This document shows, piece by piece, positions 13,072-27,616 of a stretch of DNA of 64,000 nt. A program made the translations under genes and the position numbers. Numbering within the stretch: the stretch's first letter is position 1; every line of letters begins with the position of its first letter. The notes beneath the pieces are model-generated. The model saw nothing but the letters and a program-made list of their open reading frames with translations. It made no database searches and was not told the DNA's origin. This DNA is from Rotaria socialis (lineage: Eukaryota), in assembly GCA_905331295.1 (NCBI GenBank), contig CAJNYD010000039.1, forward strand, positions 186,001-250,000, read 5' to 3'.

Positions 13072-13985
13072 CTTTTTATGATTTGGTTTACCCGGTTTTT
13101 AGCGGCGATATAAAGAGAAAAACATTCACAGTCTCACCCACATACGCATTGCTGTTCACTGTAGGCGCGTTTCAGATACAACAAGTATAGATGTAGCAGA
13201 AGATAAATCAGTATTGTGTGAAAGCGAATGATTTGTTGATGTCATTATTTTTTGGCATACTTTACAAAGAAAGGAAAATTCATAGAAAGTTTAAGAATGC
13301 AATTCTTAAAGTACATTCCCACTATGTCAAAGCTAGGATTGGATACAAGCGACTCGATTCTTATCTATTATAACATGGGAATAGCACCTTCAACTAAATT
13401 AATGTAGTTTTCATTGGTTTGAATATTTTATATAGCTTGGCTATGATGCATCAAATTGTTATTGGTTTGTGTCCCCGATTCGGAAACAATTATTCAGCAA
13501 TTTTTTCGTCATCTAAATGAAGAATCAATGTGAAATGGGTGTCTCTATTCAATTTACTATGGTCATGGTTACAAATATTGAAATTATTAACCTTCTAATT
13601 TTTGCAAAGCTCTTTTCCATTTTCGTCATTGTAAAATTTAATGACAATCTTGCAAATAGTCTGATAATAATAGTGAATGAATGCGTATATGGTAAGCTAC
13701 TATACGATGTATTTCAATTGCGTTTCAATAATTATTTCATTAAATGACCAAATGCTTTTCTATTTGAATACTAAATAGTCACCAGAATGAATATTTATTT
13801 ATTCATACGAATGGGATATATGGTGAGTATGGATAATGATGAACTGAACGGCAAGATATTGCTCTACCAACATCAACAACTGTTCGTTTCTAAGAAAGCA
13901 ATGCTATTAGTACAATTAAAAGCTTCTAGCTTAGAATTAGTTTATTGGTTTGCCAATCCAAATATGTAATCTAGAATGTAGAACA

Positions 13986-14584
13986 TCGTTATATTGTTTT
14001 CAACACATGCAAAAGGAAAAAAAATAATGAACTGTTATATTCAATAACTTCGATTGTTCATTCAAAAATAAGAATAAGTCATTGGATTGATAAATCGAAA
14101 ACTGAAGTTGTTCGATATTTAAAAACATTTTACAAAATTCTTCGATCTGAGAACAAAAATATTAGGATGATCATTATTTTTGATAACATCTAATTTTATT
14201 GTAATATTCACACAACTCGTCGTTGTAAATTGATGCTAGTAAACCATTTGCATCAATTCGCAATGGGGATAATTGGGGTGCATTTCGTTATATTGTTTTG
14301 AACACATTCAAAAGGAAAAAAAAATAATGAACTGTTATATTCAATAACTTCGATAGTTCATTCAAAAATAAGAATAAGTCATTGGATTGATAAATCGAAA
14401 ATTGAAGTTGTTCGATATTTGAAAACATTTTACAAAATTCTTCGATCTGAGAACAAAAATATTAGGATGATCATTATTTTTGATAGCATCTAATTTTATT
14501 GTAATATTCACACAACTCGTCGTTGTAAATTGATGCTAGTAAACCATTTGCATCAATTCGCAATGGGGATAATTGGGGTGCATT
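13986..14584. repeat. Near-identical ~300-bp tandem duplication
   Basis: 13986-14284 and 14285-14584 match with only a few substitutions and indels. Confidence 0.92.
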
Positions 14585-15857
14585 TTTGAATATTTTTAAT
14601 AATGTGATTGATGATTCTATTCTACTAGTAGTTCCAATATCCAAGTGTTTTAGATCTGATAAATTAACAAGCATCTTAAGTGATAATATGTCTTGTTTTT
14701 CATCGTGAATATCGTCCAATATACCATCACAATAAAAACTGTTTTGTAATCTCAACGAATCCACATTTGAAAAAGAATGATAAAAACTTTTTCGAAGAGT
14801 TCATTCAAGCAATTGTAAATATCTATAATACTGTTGAAGCAATTTGAATTTCTAATCGATGTATCACGATATCGGTTTGTATACATCGTTAATCTATGTG
14901 CATGTAATATATATGGTATAGTATAAATAATTGCAAAGACTTTGTTCAACTCATATGATGTTCTCTATGCCAAAAATTAGTTTGAAACCGTTGAAATTTA
15001 TCTAAAACTTCAAATACTGCCTACATTGGTTCGATCTTATTGTCAAATAAAATATGAAATCGGAACTTAAATAACTTTAAATGAGGTAATGAAAGGGAAA
15101 TAAAATTCTTCCAGAGGTCAGCATCAATTACTTTTTGCCAGTGGTACCACATAAGGTTAAACTCTGTAAATTAGGTGTCTAATTTATTTAAATTTATATT
15201 TAGAACTAATGCCGTAAGATAAATTCCTGGTATGTCAATAAGACTTGAGTTGTTGCCCGTAATACCATAGTTAGATACTAGATGATATTTCGACATTTTA
15301 ATATCTTAAACTTGGTAAACATTTAAACAGTTGATACAAGCTATTCAATGAAGCACAAAAAGAAATTGTTAACTTTGTTCATGATGTGGCATTTTGAATG
15401 GGAATTACATCAGCATGTAGTATAGAAATCACTATTTGTCTTATGTTCAGTCATGACAATGACGCTGCTATTTTATAATTCATATTTGATCTATCAATCA
15501 AACAGAAATATCATACATTAGATAGAGAAGATAATATTGGGCCTATTTTTACCACATCATTCTCCTTAATATCTATCAAGGATAAAGATCGAAGTCGAGA
15601 AAATTCTTCGAGAGAAAACATCGACAAAAATGCTTGTACTCGACCCTTGATTACTGGATTAAGTAAAAGTGTTCGACAAAACTGATCAAATGTCGTTTTT
15701 TCGAACATGTTGAAAATTAAGATGCAATAAACAGTTTTGTATAAGCATGTGAAAACGATAATTTAATCGTTCAAATGAATAACACACGTATATCGGGTGC
15801 ATTGAAATATTCAAAGCATTTTGTTAATATCTCGTTTGGTAATGCATCAAGCTGCAT
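14030..15857 (-). pseudogene. Frameshifted F-box-like / LRR-like gene
   Basis: Starts MQLDALPNEILTKCFEYFNAPDI, then shifts frame into YSFERLNYRF. LRR-like fragments follow (FSRLRSLSL, NLSDLKHLDI, NAPQLSPL, IIYTIPY) with several stops and frameshifts. Confidence 0.7.
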
Positions 15858-16979
15858 TATTATACTCGACATGAGATCTTAAGAAAAACAAATGAATCAC
15901 TTTTATTTTTATGTTGTAAGTATTCATATATTGCTACTAGATAGTGCATTGCACAACACAAAGAAATAATTCTTTTCTTCACATGCAGATATGACAAACT
16001 ACTTATAGCGCTGACATTTGCCTCTACTGAAAAATATTTTAATTTATCAATGAGTGATTGTTTGATGAAGTTCAGTTGGCGCAAAGCAAATGATATTCTT
16101 ACCGTTAACATCTAAAATGAGGGTGTAAACGAGAGCGTCGGCATAGTTCTGGTCTTCTTGTTTTTCACATGTTTACGCTTACAAATAAAATATGTATCGA
16201 GCTTCATTCAATGTGCATTTGAACGTTTAACGAAGATTTCGGAATATTCTAAAATATTGTTTTTGCCAATGCTATTTAATATCGACGTTTGTTGGCAAAA
16301 AATTTTAAGGAACGAGTCTAACTTCTATTTAGCATTCGTGTATTACTATGGGAGAAGAGAATCAGAAAAACTTGTCCTACAATTTGTAAATTCTATATTT
16401 TTTTCAAGAAATATAAAAGAAATGTCGGTAAAATGCAAATAAGATGTTCTCTACAATAATCAACTATTTTATTAATTCAAGTATCCAAATATTTATTCAT
16501 AATAATGAAAGATAGAATATAGATCAATCTTACTATCGTATTAATAATGATTGACTTCATATACGAAAATGTTATTTGTTCTTAGATTATATTAAACTAG
16601 TGAGAGGAAAAAAACAAATAAATGTTAAAAAGCAGATTTGAAGAATTGTTCACAAAAAACTTATGAAGTTTTAGTTGATATTTGATATAACATTTGATCT
16701 ACGCTTTAATTAGAAATTTACGTCTATTATGAATTTAACAAGCAGGTGGTATAATACAATGGAAAGGATGTTCAATGTGTGAAAAGAATGTAAATTGAGC
16801 CTTCAACTTGATAAATACATGCACAAACTCAATGAGGTCAAAAACGTTAATCCCTTCTTTTTTTTATTATTATTTTTTATTCTGAACAAACAATAGATTT
16901 GCTTCCTCCTTCTTTTTCTTTTCTTTTTAACGACCGACCGTACAAGTGTTCTATTCTTGTGATCATTTTGTTCATCAAC

Positions 16980-19002
16980 ATGCATTTGTGTAGACTTCAA
17001 TTGTTCTTTTTCTTTGTACTATTATCGTATGTTTCAACAAGTAAATAAAAATCGAAATATTCAATTGATTATTTATTGTTATTTTATTTTTTAGTAGACA
17101 TGCGAATAGTTTGTTATTATACAAATTGGTCTGTTTATCGTGTGACAGATATTCCTATATTATATCCTGATAAAATCAAGTCATTACATTGTACACATAT
17201 GCATATCGCATTCGCAGTTATCAATCCAGTAACGCTCAGAATTGAACCAAGTGAAAAACATGACACGCACTATACGGATGCATTTGATACAGTGAATGAA
17301 AAAAATAAAATGCCTTATTTTGCAATCATTATTTGTTTTATTTTTTCTCTCTATGATCTAGCCATTATATTTGAGAATGAATTCATTGAAGAAACGTAAA
17401 TCGTCATTAAAAATATTAGTAGCTGTTGGCGGATGGACGGCTGGCAGCGAAGCATTTAATAATATTTTAACGAATTCTTCAACACGAACATTATTCATTC
17501 GACATACGAAACAATTTCTACGTCAATGGAACTTTGATGGAATTGATTTGGTATAAATATCAAATAAGCGATAGAATTCATGAATATTTTTTGTTTCATA
17601 CATTATTTTTTAAATATTTACAATAGGATTGGGAATTTCCTGGCGATATTGAACGAGGTGCTATGAATAACTCACGAGAACAATTTAATATTCTTATCAA
17701 AGTAAATGTTTAATTATTTTGATAAATGTGTATTCAAATTCTTCATTTTTTTTTGTCTTAGGAAATTCATGAATCATTTCATAATGAGAGTAATCCATTT
17801 CTTTTGACAGCAGCTGTGACGGCTGATCCAACAAAAATTGATCAGGGTTATGTCGTACCTGATTTTTGTCAGTGAGTATCTTGATATAGAACTTGATTTC
17901 AACATTTTGTTTTTTTTCGATTTTTCTGTTTTTCAAAGTTATCTTGATTATGTCAGTGTTATGACCTATGATTATTATGGAACTTGGGATAATGTAACTG
18001 GAATAAATGCACCACTTTATGGAAGAAATTCATCAGCAGAAGACGATGATGATGGACAATGGAAGAATGTCGTAAGTTTCGTAATAATGGTAAAATTCAA
18101 TTCAGTCTTATGTAAATATTCTCTAGAATACTTCAATACATTATTGGTTGTCTAAAGGTTGTCCAGCAAATAAACTTAATTTAGGTTTAGCTTTGTATGG
18201 TCGCAGTTTTACATTAGCCAATGGCACCGATTCGGTTTCGATTGGTACAGAAACAAGTGGTCGTGGTTTAGGTATGATGAAATAGTTTCTTAGTTTTTCT
18301 GTGAACAGTTGAAAAATACAAATGTTTTTTCTCTAAAAACAGCTGGACCATTTACAAAAGAAAGTGGTACTTTAGCATATTTTGAAGTAATAATTTTGTT
18401 TAATTAACAACCACATTGAACAAATTGTTTAAATAGATTTGTCAAAAATTGCGTGTACATAATTGGACAAGAGTTTTCGATGCGGATGCTCAAGCACCCT
18501 ACGCTTTTAGTTCATCAGTAAACTCATTGGATACACAATGGGTTGGTTATGATGATTTACAAAGTGTCACTGTTAAAGTAATGACATATTACATTTCTTA
18601 ATATTCGACTTATTCAACAGGTTGTCTTCGTCTTTTGTTCAGGTTTTGCATGCTAAAACATTAGATTTAGGTGGTATAATGGTGTGGTCCATTGATCAAG
18701 ATGATTATTCAGGTTTATTTTGTGGTCAAGGAGAATTTCCAGTTATAAGACGTATTCATGATATTCTATTCTCGACAGACAAAAATAATAAACAAAATTC
18801 ATTTCTTACCACACAAGCAACGAAATTTCGTACGAAACCAAGAGTTAGTTTTGTGCCTATTCAACGCTTTACAACAAAACGTCAGAAAATAACATTAACA
18901 TCAATGCAATCGATACCAAAATCAAAGATTTTTAATCGAGGTGCTAAGAAAAATAGTCCTTTTTATTTTTTATTTATTGTTTGGGTGTATTATTTAATAT
19001 AA
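16980..19002 (+). CDS. GH18 chitinase with signal peptide and hydrophobic C-terminal tail, multi-exon
   Basis: Signal exon 16980-17040 splices in frame to RIVCYYTNW. Motifs KILVAVGGW, FDGIDL|DWEFP (DxxDxDxE intact), MTYDYYG, WVGYDD and LGGIMVWSIDQDD; S/T-rich stalk then a hydrophobic end. Confidence 0.92.
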
Positions 19003-20010
19003 TAAAGTATGCATCGATGTAGATTATGCAAATATGTTATTTATTCAGATAATAGACTATTGTGTATTTAATTCGGCAATTGATATGGTGACGTTGGATT
19101 TTCGAGTATCAATATAATTACTTTTAAAAATTATTCGTAAAGCTATAAGAATAGAGAAAAATACAGTAGGTCTGAACGTAGTCATAATTTAGTAGAATAT
19201 TATGATTTGATTGTGATTCTATTTTTTTATGTTCTTGATTATTTTTGTTTATGCCTATGTATAAGATTTCGATAATCTTCAACTTGATTAAATGTTTTCA
19301 TATAGGTCACGTTTGACCCTTCAATTGATAATAGTCTTATGTCATACGAAAGGATTGTATCTATTCAATATTTTTTACTTCCTTTACGTGATAGAACAAA
19401 AAAACATTTTTGTCTCTTGTGACGTGCTTTCACTGAACTGCATTGTTTATTAATTGAAGTGTTAGGATCAGAACTCATAAGGTCAAAAAATATTCCGATA
19501 TGAAATTCTACTCACAAAAATTCTCGTGGAATTTTTGTATCTGAATCGAGCAGTCGCTCAGAATGTACGAGACTATTGTTCTCAAATATCTGAATCAACA
19601 AACCGGATCTATCTCATGGTATGAACTTTTGTTGGCTGGTTTTCTTTCGATTCCTCGGTTTACGTAAACCACTCATCGACTCTGTTCGATTTAGAAAAGC
19701 AATTCTTCTTAATCATGTCGTTAGTGACTACTCGATCCTATCTATGTCGTACAAATTTATTTATCATATTTTATCGAAAGAAACGTCAAGATTTTGCTCA
19801 AAACTGATGAGAGTAAAATAAGTTATCGAATGAAATACCATGTTTTTAGCAAAACAGCTGATACGAAACAATGAGATCGTATCTTGAGTAAATTTAATTT
19901 CTCTTGAAAATACTTTATTCAGTTGTGAAAATCCCAATGACGAGAGAAAAACGCGAAACACACACATATAACGGTGCAATGTACAATACTAGTATATAAA
20001 CAATATAGAT

Positions 20011-21874
20011 TTAATTATTTCGTTTCTTTTTATAAACTGGTTGATTTTCATATGTATTGCCATAATAATTAACTGGTAGATTACTTTCATTGCCATACGG
20101 CGGAGATGGAGAATTATATGAGTATCCATAGTAATTATTTCTTTGAAAGAAAAGAAAATATTTAGTATTTCAAAAACAAATATACGAATTGATCATAATG
20201 AAAACATACCGATTATCAGAACTTTCACGGAAACCTTTCGCAAATGGATTATTATCAATCTTTAATTGAGTAACCTATAAGGAAAAATCAGTTATATTGC
20301 CATTTAAATTTAAATTTTCGTCTGAATAACTTACATCCGTATTTTGATAAGCTGTTACAGCAATGAATTGTGTTTCAGGAAATGTAAATATATGTTTTGT
20401 TGATGAATTATTTCTATTTGATGATCCTCTTGAATCAGTTGATTGACAAGCAACTTCAAAAATGTTCAAGCGCGGCATATATTTATGCATTGAATTCACA
20501 ATAATCGCCATCTAGAACAAACAAACACAAAAATCAAAATTAACCATTTCATTTATAATTCTAATGAAAAAAGACTTACTTGATTTTGTGAATTACTTAT
20601 TGCAAGTTGTTTATTATTTGTTAATTTTAATTTCGAAAATGAAATTTTCTCATTTTTCATCCAATGCATTCCAGTATTTGGTGAATCAGGATGCAAATAA
20701 CGATGATCTAAAATTACATCATAATAAAATTTGATGTGCTTGTTTTAGTTGAAAGCAATGTTTCTTATTTATACTTGTTTTTTGACATTGTTCAGCTTGT
20801 CCAGATGGTATCCATTGGCCAGAATTAAATTTCCAATGATTAACATCAACTAAAACCATATCAACATACATATCATACATTGCTTCAGGTTTTAAGCCAT
20901 AGACTTTAAATTCAAGAGTTGGATACATTCGGCGACCAGCTGGAAATGAACAATAAAAAACTATTCAATATGATTTCATTCAATTTATAAACTCACGTTT
21001 TGTGATAATGTTTTCAAGAGTATGTTCAATAAATTTCAACCACAATGGTCGATTGAGGAGTTCGACAACAATCGAACCGGATCGACAAGTTCCATCTAAT
21101 GGTAACTTAAAATAAAACCAATTGAAGAAAGGTAAATAAAAATGCTTTTCTTCTTCGTCTACATAAGCGGTTGCGGGGACTTGATTTTTCTCTAAGGGGT
21201 TTATCACAAAATTCTAAGGGAATTTTTAAAAAGTCCAAATATGTATTGATATATATATCTCAAGGAATATTCGTACTATGAGCGAATCAAAATCGCTTGG
21301 CTTTATGAATGGGATTAGCAATGAGAATAAAACGCAACGCTAGAAAAATGAAAAGTATCCTGAGCCGATGAATTATTCCGTAGAGTTTCTAACTTACATA
21401 AGGTGCTACGTATCCATTACTATTGTTAGTACTACCATTTGGTTGTTCAACAGAGGGTTGAATATAATTTGATTGCTGATGAAAATTTGTATTCGATGGA
21501 TGTGGTGGAATTGATGGTAAATTATAATCATAAGCTGATGCTATTGGCTGATTTGATGATTTTTGTGAATATAACATTTCATTAGCGTGTTCTTCAGGTG
21601 AATAATGTTGATGATAAGTTGGTAAATAAACTGTGGATGGGATTTGATTCTTGGATTCATCTTCATTGATATCATTACTAACTTGTTGATGCGAGTAACC
21701 AGGCGAAAGTGTAAAGTACTGGTTTGTTTCATAAATCGATGGACGATAATGTTGACCATTATTTAAATCATTACTAATCGATATTGGGCAATAGTAATGT
21801 TGTTCTGGCGATGTATAATAATAATCGGTTGGAAATTTACTATTATTTTCTTTGGTACCGAGTGGCGTCAACAT
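20011..21874 (-). CDS. eomes: T-box transcription factor, most like the Eomes/Tbr1 (T-brain) subfamily
   Basis: Spliced T-box: [103 protein letters not shown] and QNTD.TQLKID are Eomes-like. The T-box call is certain; the subfamily is less so. Confidence 0.8.
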
Positions 21875-24118
21875 TGCAATGATACTGGTATGCTGTTCAC
21901 GCTTTCTCCGCAACAGGTGCTAATCGAGTGAGAGAGAAAAAAAGATGAACGATGATGAAGAAATATATCACTATTTTTCCGGGATAGAAAAATTCAAATG
22001 ACCAATGAAATTAGCTAACCAATCGAAAAAGGAAAAAGCTTAAAATATGATTATTCTTCTTTCTGCTTTTTGATAATTAATCGTTCATCACGGGAAAATC
22101 AGGACAACTTCTCATACGACTCAATTATAAGCCAATATGATATGCTTTTTTTTTTAAAGAAAGAAGTTTTCCATAGCTATAGAGAATTAAAAGAAACCGA
22201 ATAGTTTATTGAAACACAGCAGGTTAATATTGATTTCAAGTGATAATTACACTCGGATAAATTCTTTTGTAAAAATAAAAGAATGTCAAAAATAAAATAA
22301 AGTAATAGATGCGCGTGTCAAGTGTGAATAACATTTGAACGTTTCTTTTGCTTTCGTGATATATTGCTTTCGATTTTCCATTATCAGCTTTTTCATTTCT
22401 GTGATTTACTTTCATCTCGAGCGGAATTGAAGATCGAACAAGAAATCTACTTGTTTTCTTTTAGTTTGAAGATTTATCAATAAAATGTAAACAATTGATG
22501 AGTGTTATTGTGTATCGATGGATTGACATCAGATTGAATATTCAATATTTCTTCATTTGCATTACCTTGTCATTCTGGGAAATAGGTAATGTTACGGTTA
22601 AGATTAAGTAGAACTGATTGATACGATATTCATTTTGTTAAGCTAGTTTGATAACGTTGATTATAATTAATCCAGGAAAAATATGTTCACATATGAAATG
22701 AGATTAAATCTTTTACGAGAAAAATAGAATAGCCTCTCTAATTTTGTATAAGTAACATGAAACAAGCTGTAGTGGCTTTTACAGAGGAGATATACCAGAA
22801 TTTTAGGACAGTACTGGAGATTCTCTATTGGTGAATCAAACAATTCATATCTACGTTGTATCTTTTATGAAGAAAACTACGAAAATAACAGGTTAATTAA
22901 TCGATATAGGTAAATGAAAATTTGAACTGCGTACCATCATGATATATTAAATCAATGCAGGCATTCTATGAGAGAAATTTCTAGTGTTATATACATTTTT
23001 TTTCATTTAATCAATGCCATGTATCACACATTCAATATCTTCTATTATACGACTATTATCACGTTTTCAACAAGATACCGCTGGTATATTATACGTAGAA
23101 GCATGTTGTGATAATGAAATTATGAACATAATGTTTCTTTTTTTCCCGTCATTTCATCGCCGCTGAGTGTTCATTAAGGTAGTTCTACAAGTAATGTCGA
23201 TAATCACGGAATAAAAGAAATTGAAACGATTTGATTCACAGTTGAGAGTGATGCTAAGTTGTTCTTGGTCAAATAGTGTTCAAAAATATAAGAATATATA
23301 GCAGAATTATTCAAGCAGACTGTAAGCGCAAAATTTCTATGTGAATTCGATTTCACTTGATTCAATGATACCTAAATGTGCACATACCTTTAAGGTGAAC
23401 ACAGGTAGCCGAAACACTGCATAGATCATTTGATAAATATTTTTATCATGCTCGATTGCTTTCTACGATTCAACTTGTGATATCACTTCCTTAAAATCTT
23501 GTATACGTTGCGAACTATGAGAAGTGTATCTCAATAATATTTTACTGGGCTCCGTGTTGGACATCAATTTTCTTAATAGTCATTTTCAACTAGTGTTTTA
23601 TAAAAACAATCATTTTAAGACATCGTAGTCTTACAATGTACACCGTCTATTTTGGGCTAGTATTTGATTCACGTTCAAATTAAATTATAGAACAAACATA
23701 ACAATCAACCATAGAGATAACTCTTTAAGAAGCCACTCTTCAAAATGACAAAAATAGAACATTGAAACTGACTAGTATTAATTGATCAAAATTTATTTCA
23801 AAGATAAGCAAAAAGTTTTATCTTCGAGATATTGTTTGGCTTTCGATTACAAATGAGGTCGAATTTCTTAGCAAGATTGAATAGTGAAGAATTTCATAGC
23901 AAAAGAAAATAGATCAATACTATAGTTTTGTTTTTCAATCATTTTATTTTTTGTAAATTAAAGTTTAAATGTATATGAGTATAATCGAAAGGAAAAAAAC
24001 AAGAGCAAAAGTTACAGACGCGAGGAGTACAGAGGCAACGATTACTTAGACTATTTACACACAAAAAGAAAGAAAGAAAGAAAGAAATGAAACCAAACCG
24101 AAATGATAAAAATCAACT

Positions 24119-27100
24119 TCAATAATAATCTCGACGTGGATTGTTCTAGAAATGACAAAATTCAACTTTAGTATTTGTTGAAATTACACAAACATAACAA
24201 TACTTACTAATGGATTCGGTCGAAATCTATAGGCAAGCATCATACGTTTACGATACATTTGGAATTCATCATCATTACGATCTAATTCTGATGGACGATC
24301 TTGCCCAAGACCTGCATGATGTACTGGTGTTGTTCCTCTGTGTATACACATACAAATGTAAATCAGATAATTCGAAAATCAGTTTATTAAATATACTTAT
24401 TAACAGGGGTGACTATTCCTTGTGAATTTTTACCTAGACCTTGCCCTTCTTTCCATCCAAATTTTTCCAAAAGACGATAACCAATATTTTCAGCTTGAAT
24501 TTTAAAATCTCGATAATCAGAAACATCAGGTGTTTCACCGTCTTTTAGTGCCTGAAAAAAAACATCAGAATTTCAGTTTCTTGTTTTTTCAAACTATCTT
24601 TAACCAGTACTATCTGCTGTTCGATAGCGCAATATAATTTTTGCTTCTTCTTTATTAGTTCAATTTTATTAATTACTAATACGCCCGAGCGCTCGGCATA
24701 TTTATGTATTGTTCTCTCTATCAAGTATAAAGCGCAAAATTTATAATATAGTTCTTTTGAATCTAAACAAATTGATACCGATGTGCGATGCCAACAGCTG
24801 TGACCTGCACAATACGAATTATTTCTTTTCTCGTTTTACATACCAATAGAGGGGCATATGTTGCTTTCAGTACGTAAATTCTTATTGTTGATAGGATGAC
24901 AGATAAACGCCTACTATTCAACAGTATCAGGCGCACACATACAACAATCTTATTACGCTTAATAGAACTTACTGAATAAGTTTTCATGAATTTTTCTAAT
25001 TCATGTGCTGGAATAAAATCACCAATGTGATGTTTTCCATATGCCATATCCGTTAATTTAACTGCCCATTCTAAGTAAAATTAAAAGAAGGATCTCTAAT
25101 AAATTTCAATAGATAGAAAATACACTGAACTAACCTCTTGTTATATCCATTTCGGTTGCACGTAATCGGTGTTCCCATGTTCCTGCTTTACTATCAGTTT
25201 CTTCATCTGAATCATATTCACGTTTATGTTGTTGCTGTCTAGCTAAATTTTCTAATTCGCGTCTTTTAACCATCATTGTCTGATAGATTGATTGAAGCTA
25301 AAACAAATATTTATTTACATGAAAAGCAAAATTATCGTTTCTGCTTTGAAATACTTCTTTCTGTTCAACATATTGTCCGCGTTGTTCAACGCTCATTTTT
25401 GTTCCATCATATCCTTCAGGATATAATTTCATTTGTTCATTAAGTTGTGTAACAAACCTTTTTGCTTTTTCCGTGGCTAGACAAACAGAAGAAACAAAAA
25501 TTAAAAACACAATTATCAAGCAAACTGATTTCCCAAACCTTCATGAATTTGTTCAACAAATTTATATTCACTGGGTTCTTGTTTAACGCCTAATGATAAT
25601 CGTTTAAATTTTGTTTGATATTATTATCAAAAAGCCTTTTTTTGTTCTACTTACTATGATTACCCCAACGTGATTTACGTTTACGATTATTTTCTTCTGC
25701 TTTCTCTTTAAAGTTAAAAACAAAAATTAATTATTATTAAATAGAAAGTATGAAATGCATGCTTACGAGTATCAGTCATTGATTTATTCACTGAATTTGT
25801 CTTTCCTTCATCGGAATCTTCATTGTCATCCCACCTTTATATTGCAAAAAATAAAATAGAAAGAAAACATTTAACTAATAATCATATTGATAAAAAGAAT
25901 AGAAAAACAATTATAGCTCAACACAAGAATAAATATATCCAAAGTGTGTATGTATATGTACCACAACGCCGACGAAGAAGAAAGCTCGGTCGATGTGGTG
26001 GCGACTTGCCGTCGACGATTTCCACCATTATCATGTTTCTGTTGTTCATGCTCTATGGAAGAAACTGGACAAACACGGCATTAGTGATCATGTTCTTTTA
26101 AAATATGGGAAAAACAAGGAAATTTAAAAAAAAAACTACCTAAAATTTTTCTTTTCCTTTGGTGGTTAGCTTAAAATAAAACTTACGGTTATTATTCGCA
26201 TTCGTTGATGAATCTAAGATAACAGAGATAAGTTTTATGGCTTCAATGATCAAAACACGACTTACTTGGCTCTATTTTAATTGTATATTCTTTTTTTATG
26301 TTGAATGTTCGACTTGCTGGTTTTTGAGTTGGCGTCTTTTTTTGTTCGTTATCTTCTTCATCTTCGTCTTCAGCTTTTAATGGATCGTAGAGATCAGCAT
26401 TATTGATATTAATATTTGCTGTTGTCGTTGTTGATGGGTTATTTATTGGAGCAGGAACTGGTAGTGGTGGAGGTGGTGTTTGAAGCATTTTTGAAAGAAG
26501 TTCAGGTGATGGTAAGGCAAACGATGTTGTAGGAGGAGCATAGTTTGACGGGTTACTTGTGGTAGGTAATGAAGATGGGGGGAAAATTGATGGTACATTA
26601 AATGAAGGAGGAAGCGGTGGTGGTGGTAATGCAGCTAAAATATTTAAACAAGTTGTCTTTTTTCTATTAGATAAAAAATTCTTCATACATGGGTTGAATG
26701 ATAATGGAGGTACAGGAAACGATGGCGACCCACTGCGTTGATCAAACATAGATGGAGGTTGCGAACTAGAAGGAAACCATGATGGTCCGCACTGTGAATA
26801 ACCATTGGTAGCTAGATATTTTGATCCACGAGACAATGACTAAAAATTTTGTTGTACAATAAAATTTGTGTCTGTTAATAGAAAACAATTGAATTTACTT
26901 GTTGCGTATTGTTATTCAGATTTTTTACATCTGAAGGAATCAATGTTGAAGGTTGTCCTTGAGTTTTTCGGAATTGTTCAAGAAATGACCCATCGTTTCT
27001 AAAAGCATTATTTCCCATTGTTTGATGTTCGACACTTTTATTTTTTATTTAGATAAAAATTATTTATGTATAAAAAAATTATGATTTATCATCTTACGTA

Positions 27101-27306
27101 TTGTTGATAGTATTTTGTGGAACAGCTAGATCGAATTCATAAAATGAAAGAAGTTTTTTTTTCAAGTAGTTTTTCAACTTACAATCATTAGGATTAGTTT
27201 TCTTCGCATTATCTAAACGTAATTTTTCTTCTATGATACGTTTTTTTTCTTGAATCAGTAATTCTTGCGCTGACATCGCTTGCAGTTTTTGTTGAGTACG
27301 AGACAT
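24119..27306 (-). CDS. SUGP1: SURP and G-patch domain protein 1 (splicing factor 4) ortholog, multi-exon
   Basis: [46 protein letters not shown]-patch [19 protein letters not shown], and C-terminal NNPRRDYY. Confidence 0.9.
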
Positions 27307-27530
27307 TTTGAAAGTAAAAACACAATATGAATATGATACAGAAGAAAGGAATCTATAAGGCAAAAATGCAAATGCCAAAATTTTTACTACCACTAATAGT
27401 AATGAGCCACAATCAAAACAATAAATAGTCAAATGCAAGAAAGTGATGATGTACTGTTTGTATCATTTATTGGTTTCTTTTCGACCAATCTAAATCACCG
27501 ATTCGGTATCCCTCTATCGAATTGTCTTCT

Positions 27531-27543
27531 GTCAGCTAGTAAC
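27531..27543 (+). promoter_or_regulatory. Candidate RFX X-box in the SUGP1/LRRIQ1 bidirectional promoter
   Basis: gtcagc-t-agtaac compared with GTNRCC-N-RGYAAC gives one mismatch; it lies 74 bp upstream of the LRRIQ1-like ATG. Confidence 0.35.
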
Positions 27544-27616
27544 CAACTTGAAAAGAATCATTTAATGGCATTGAAAAATATGCCGAGTAAAAAAATCTGT
27601 TAAGTTTTTAATAAAA

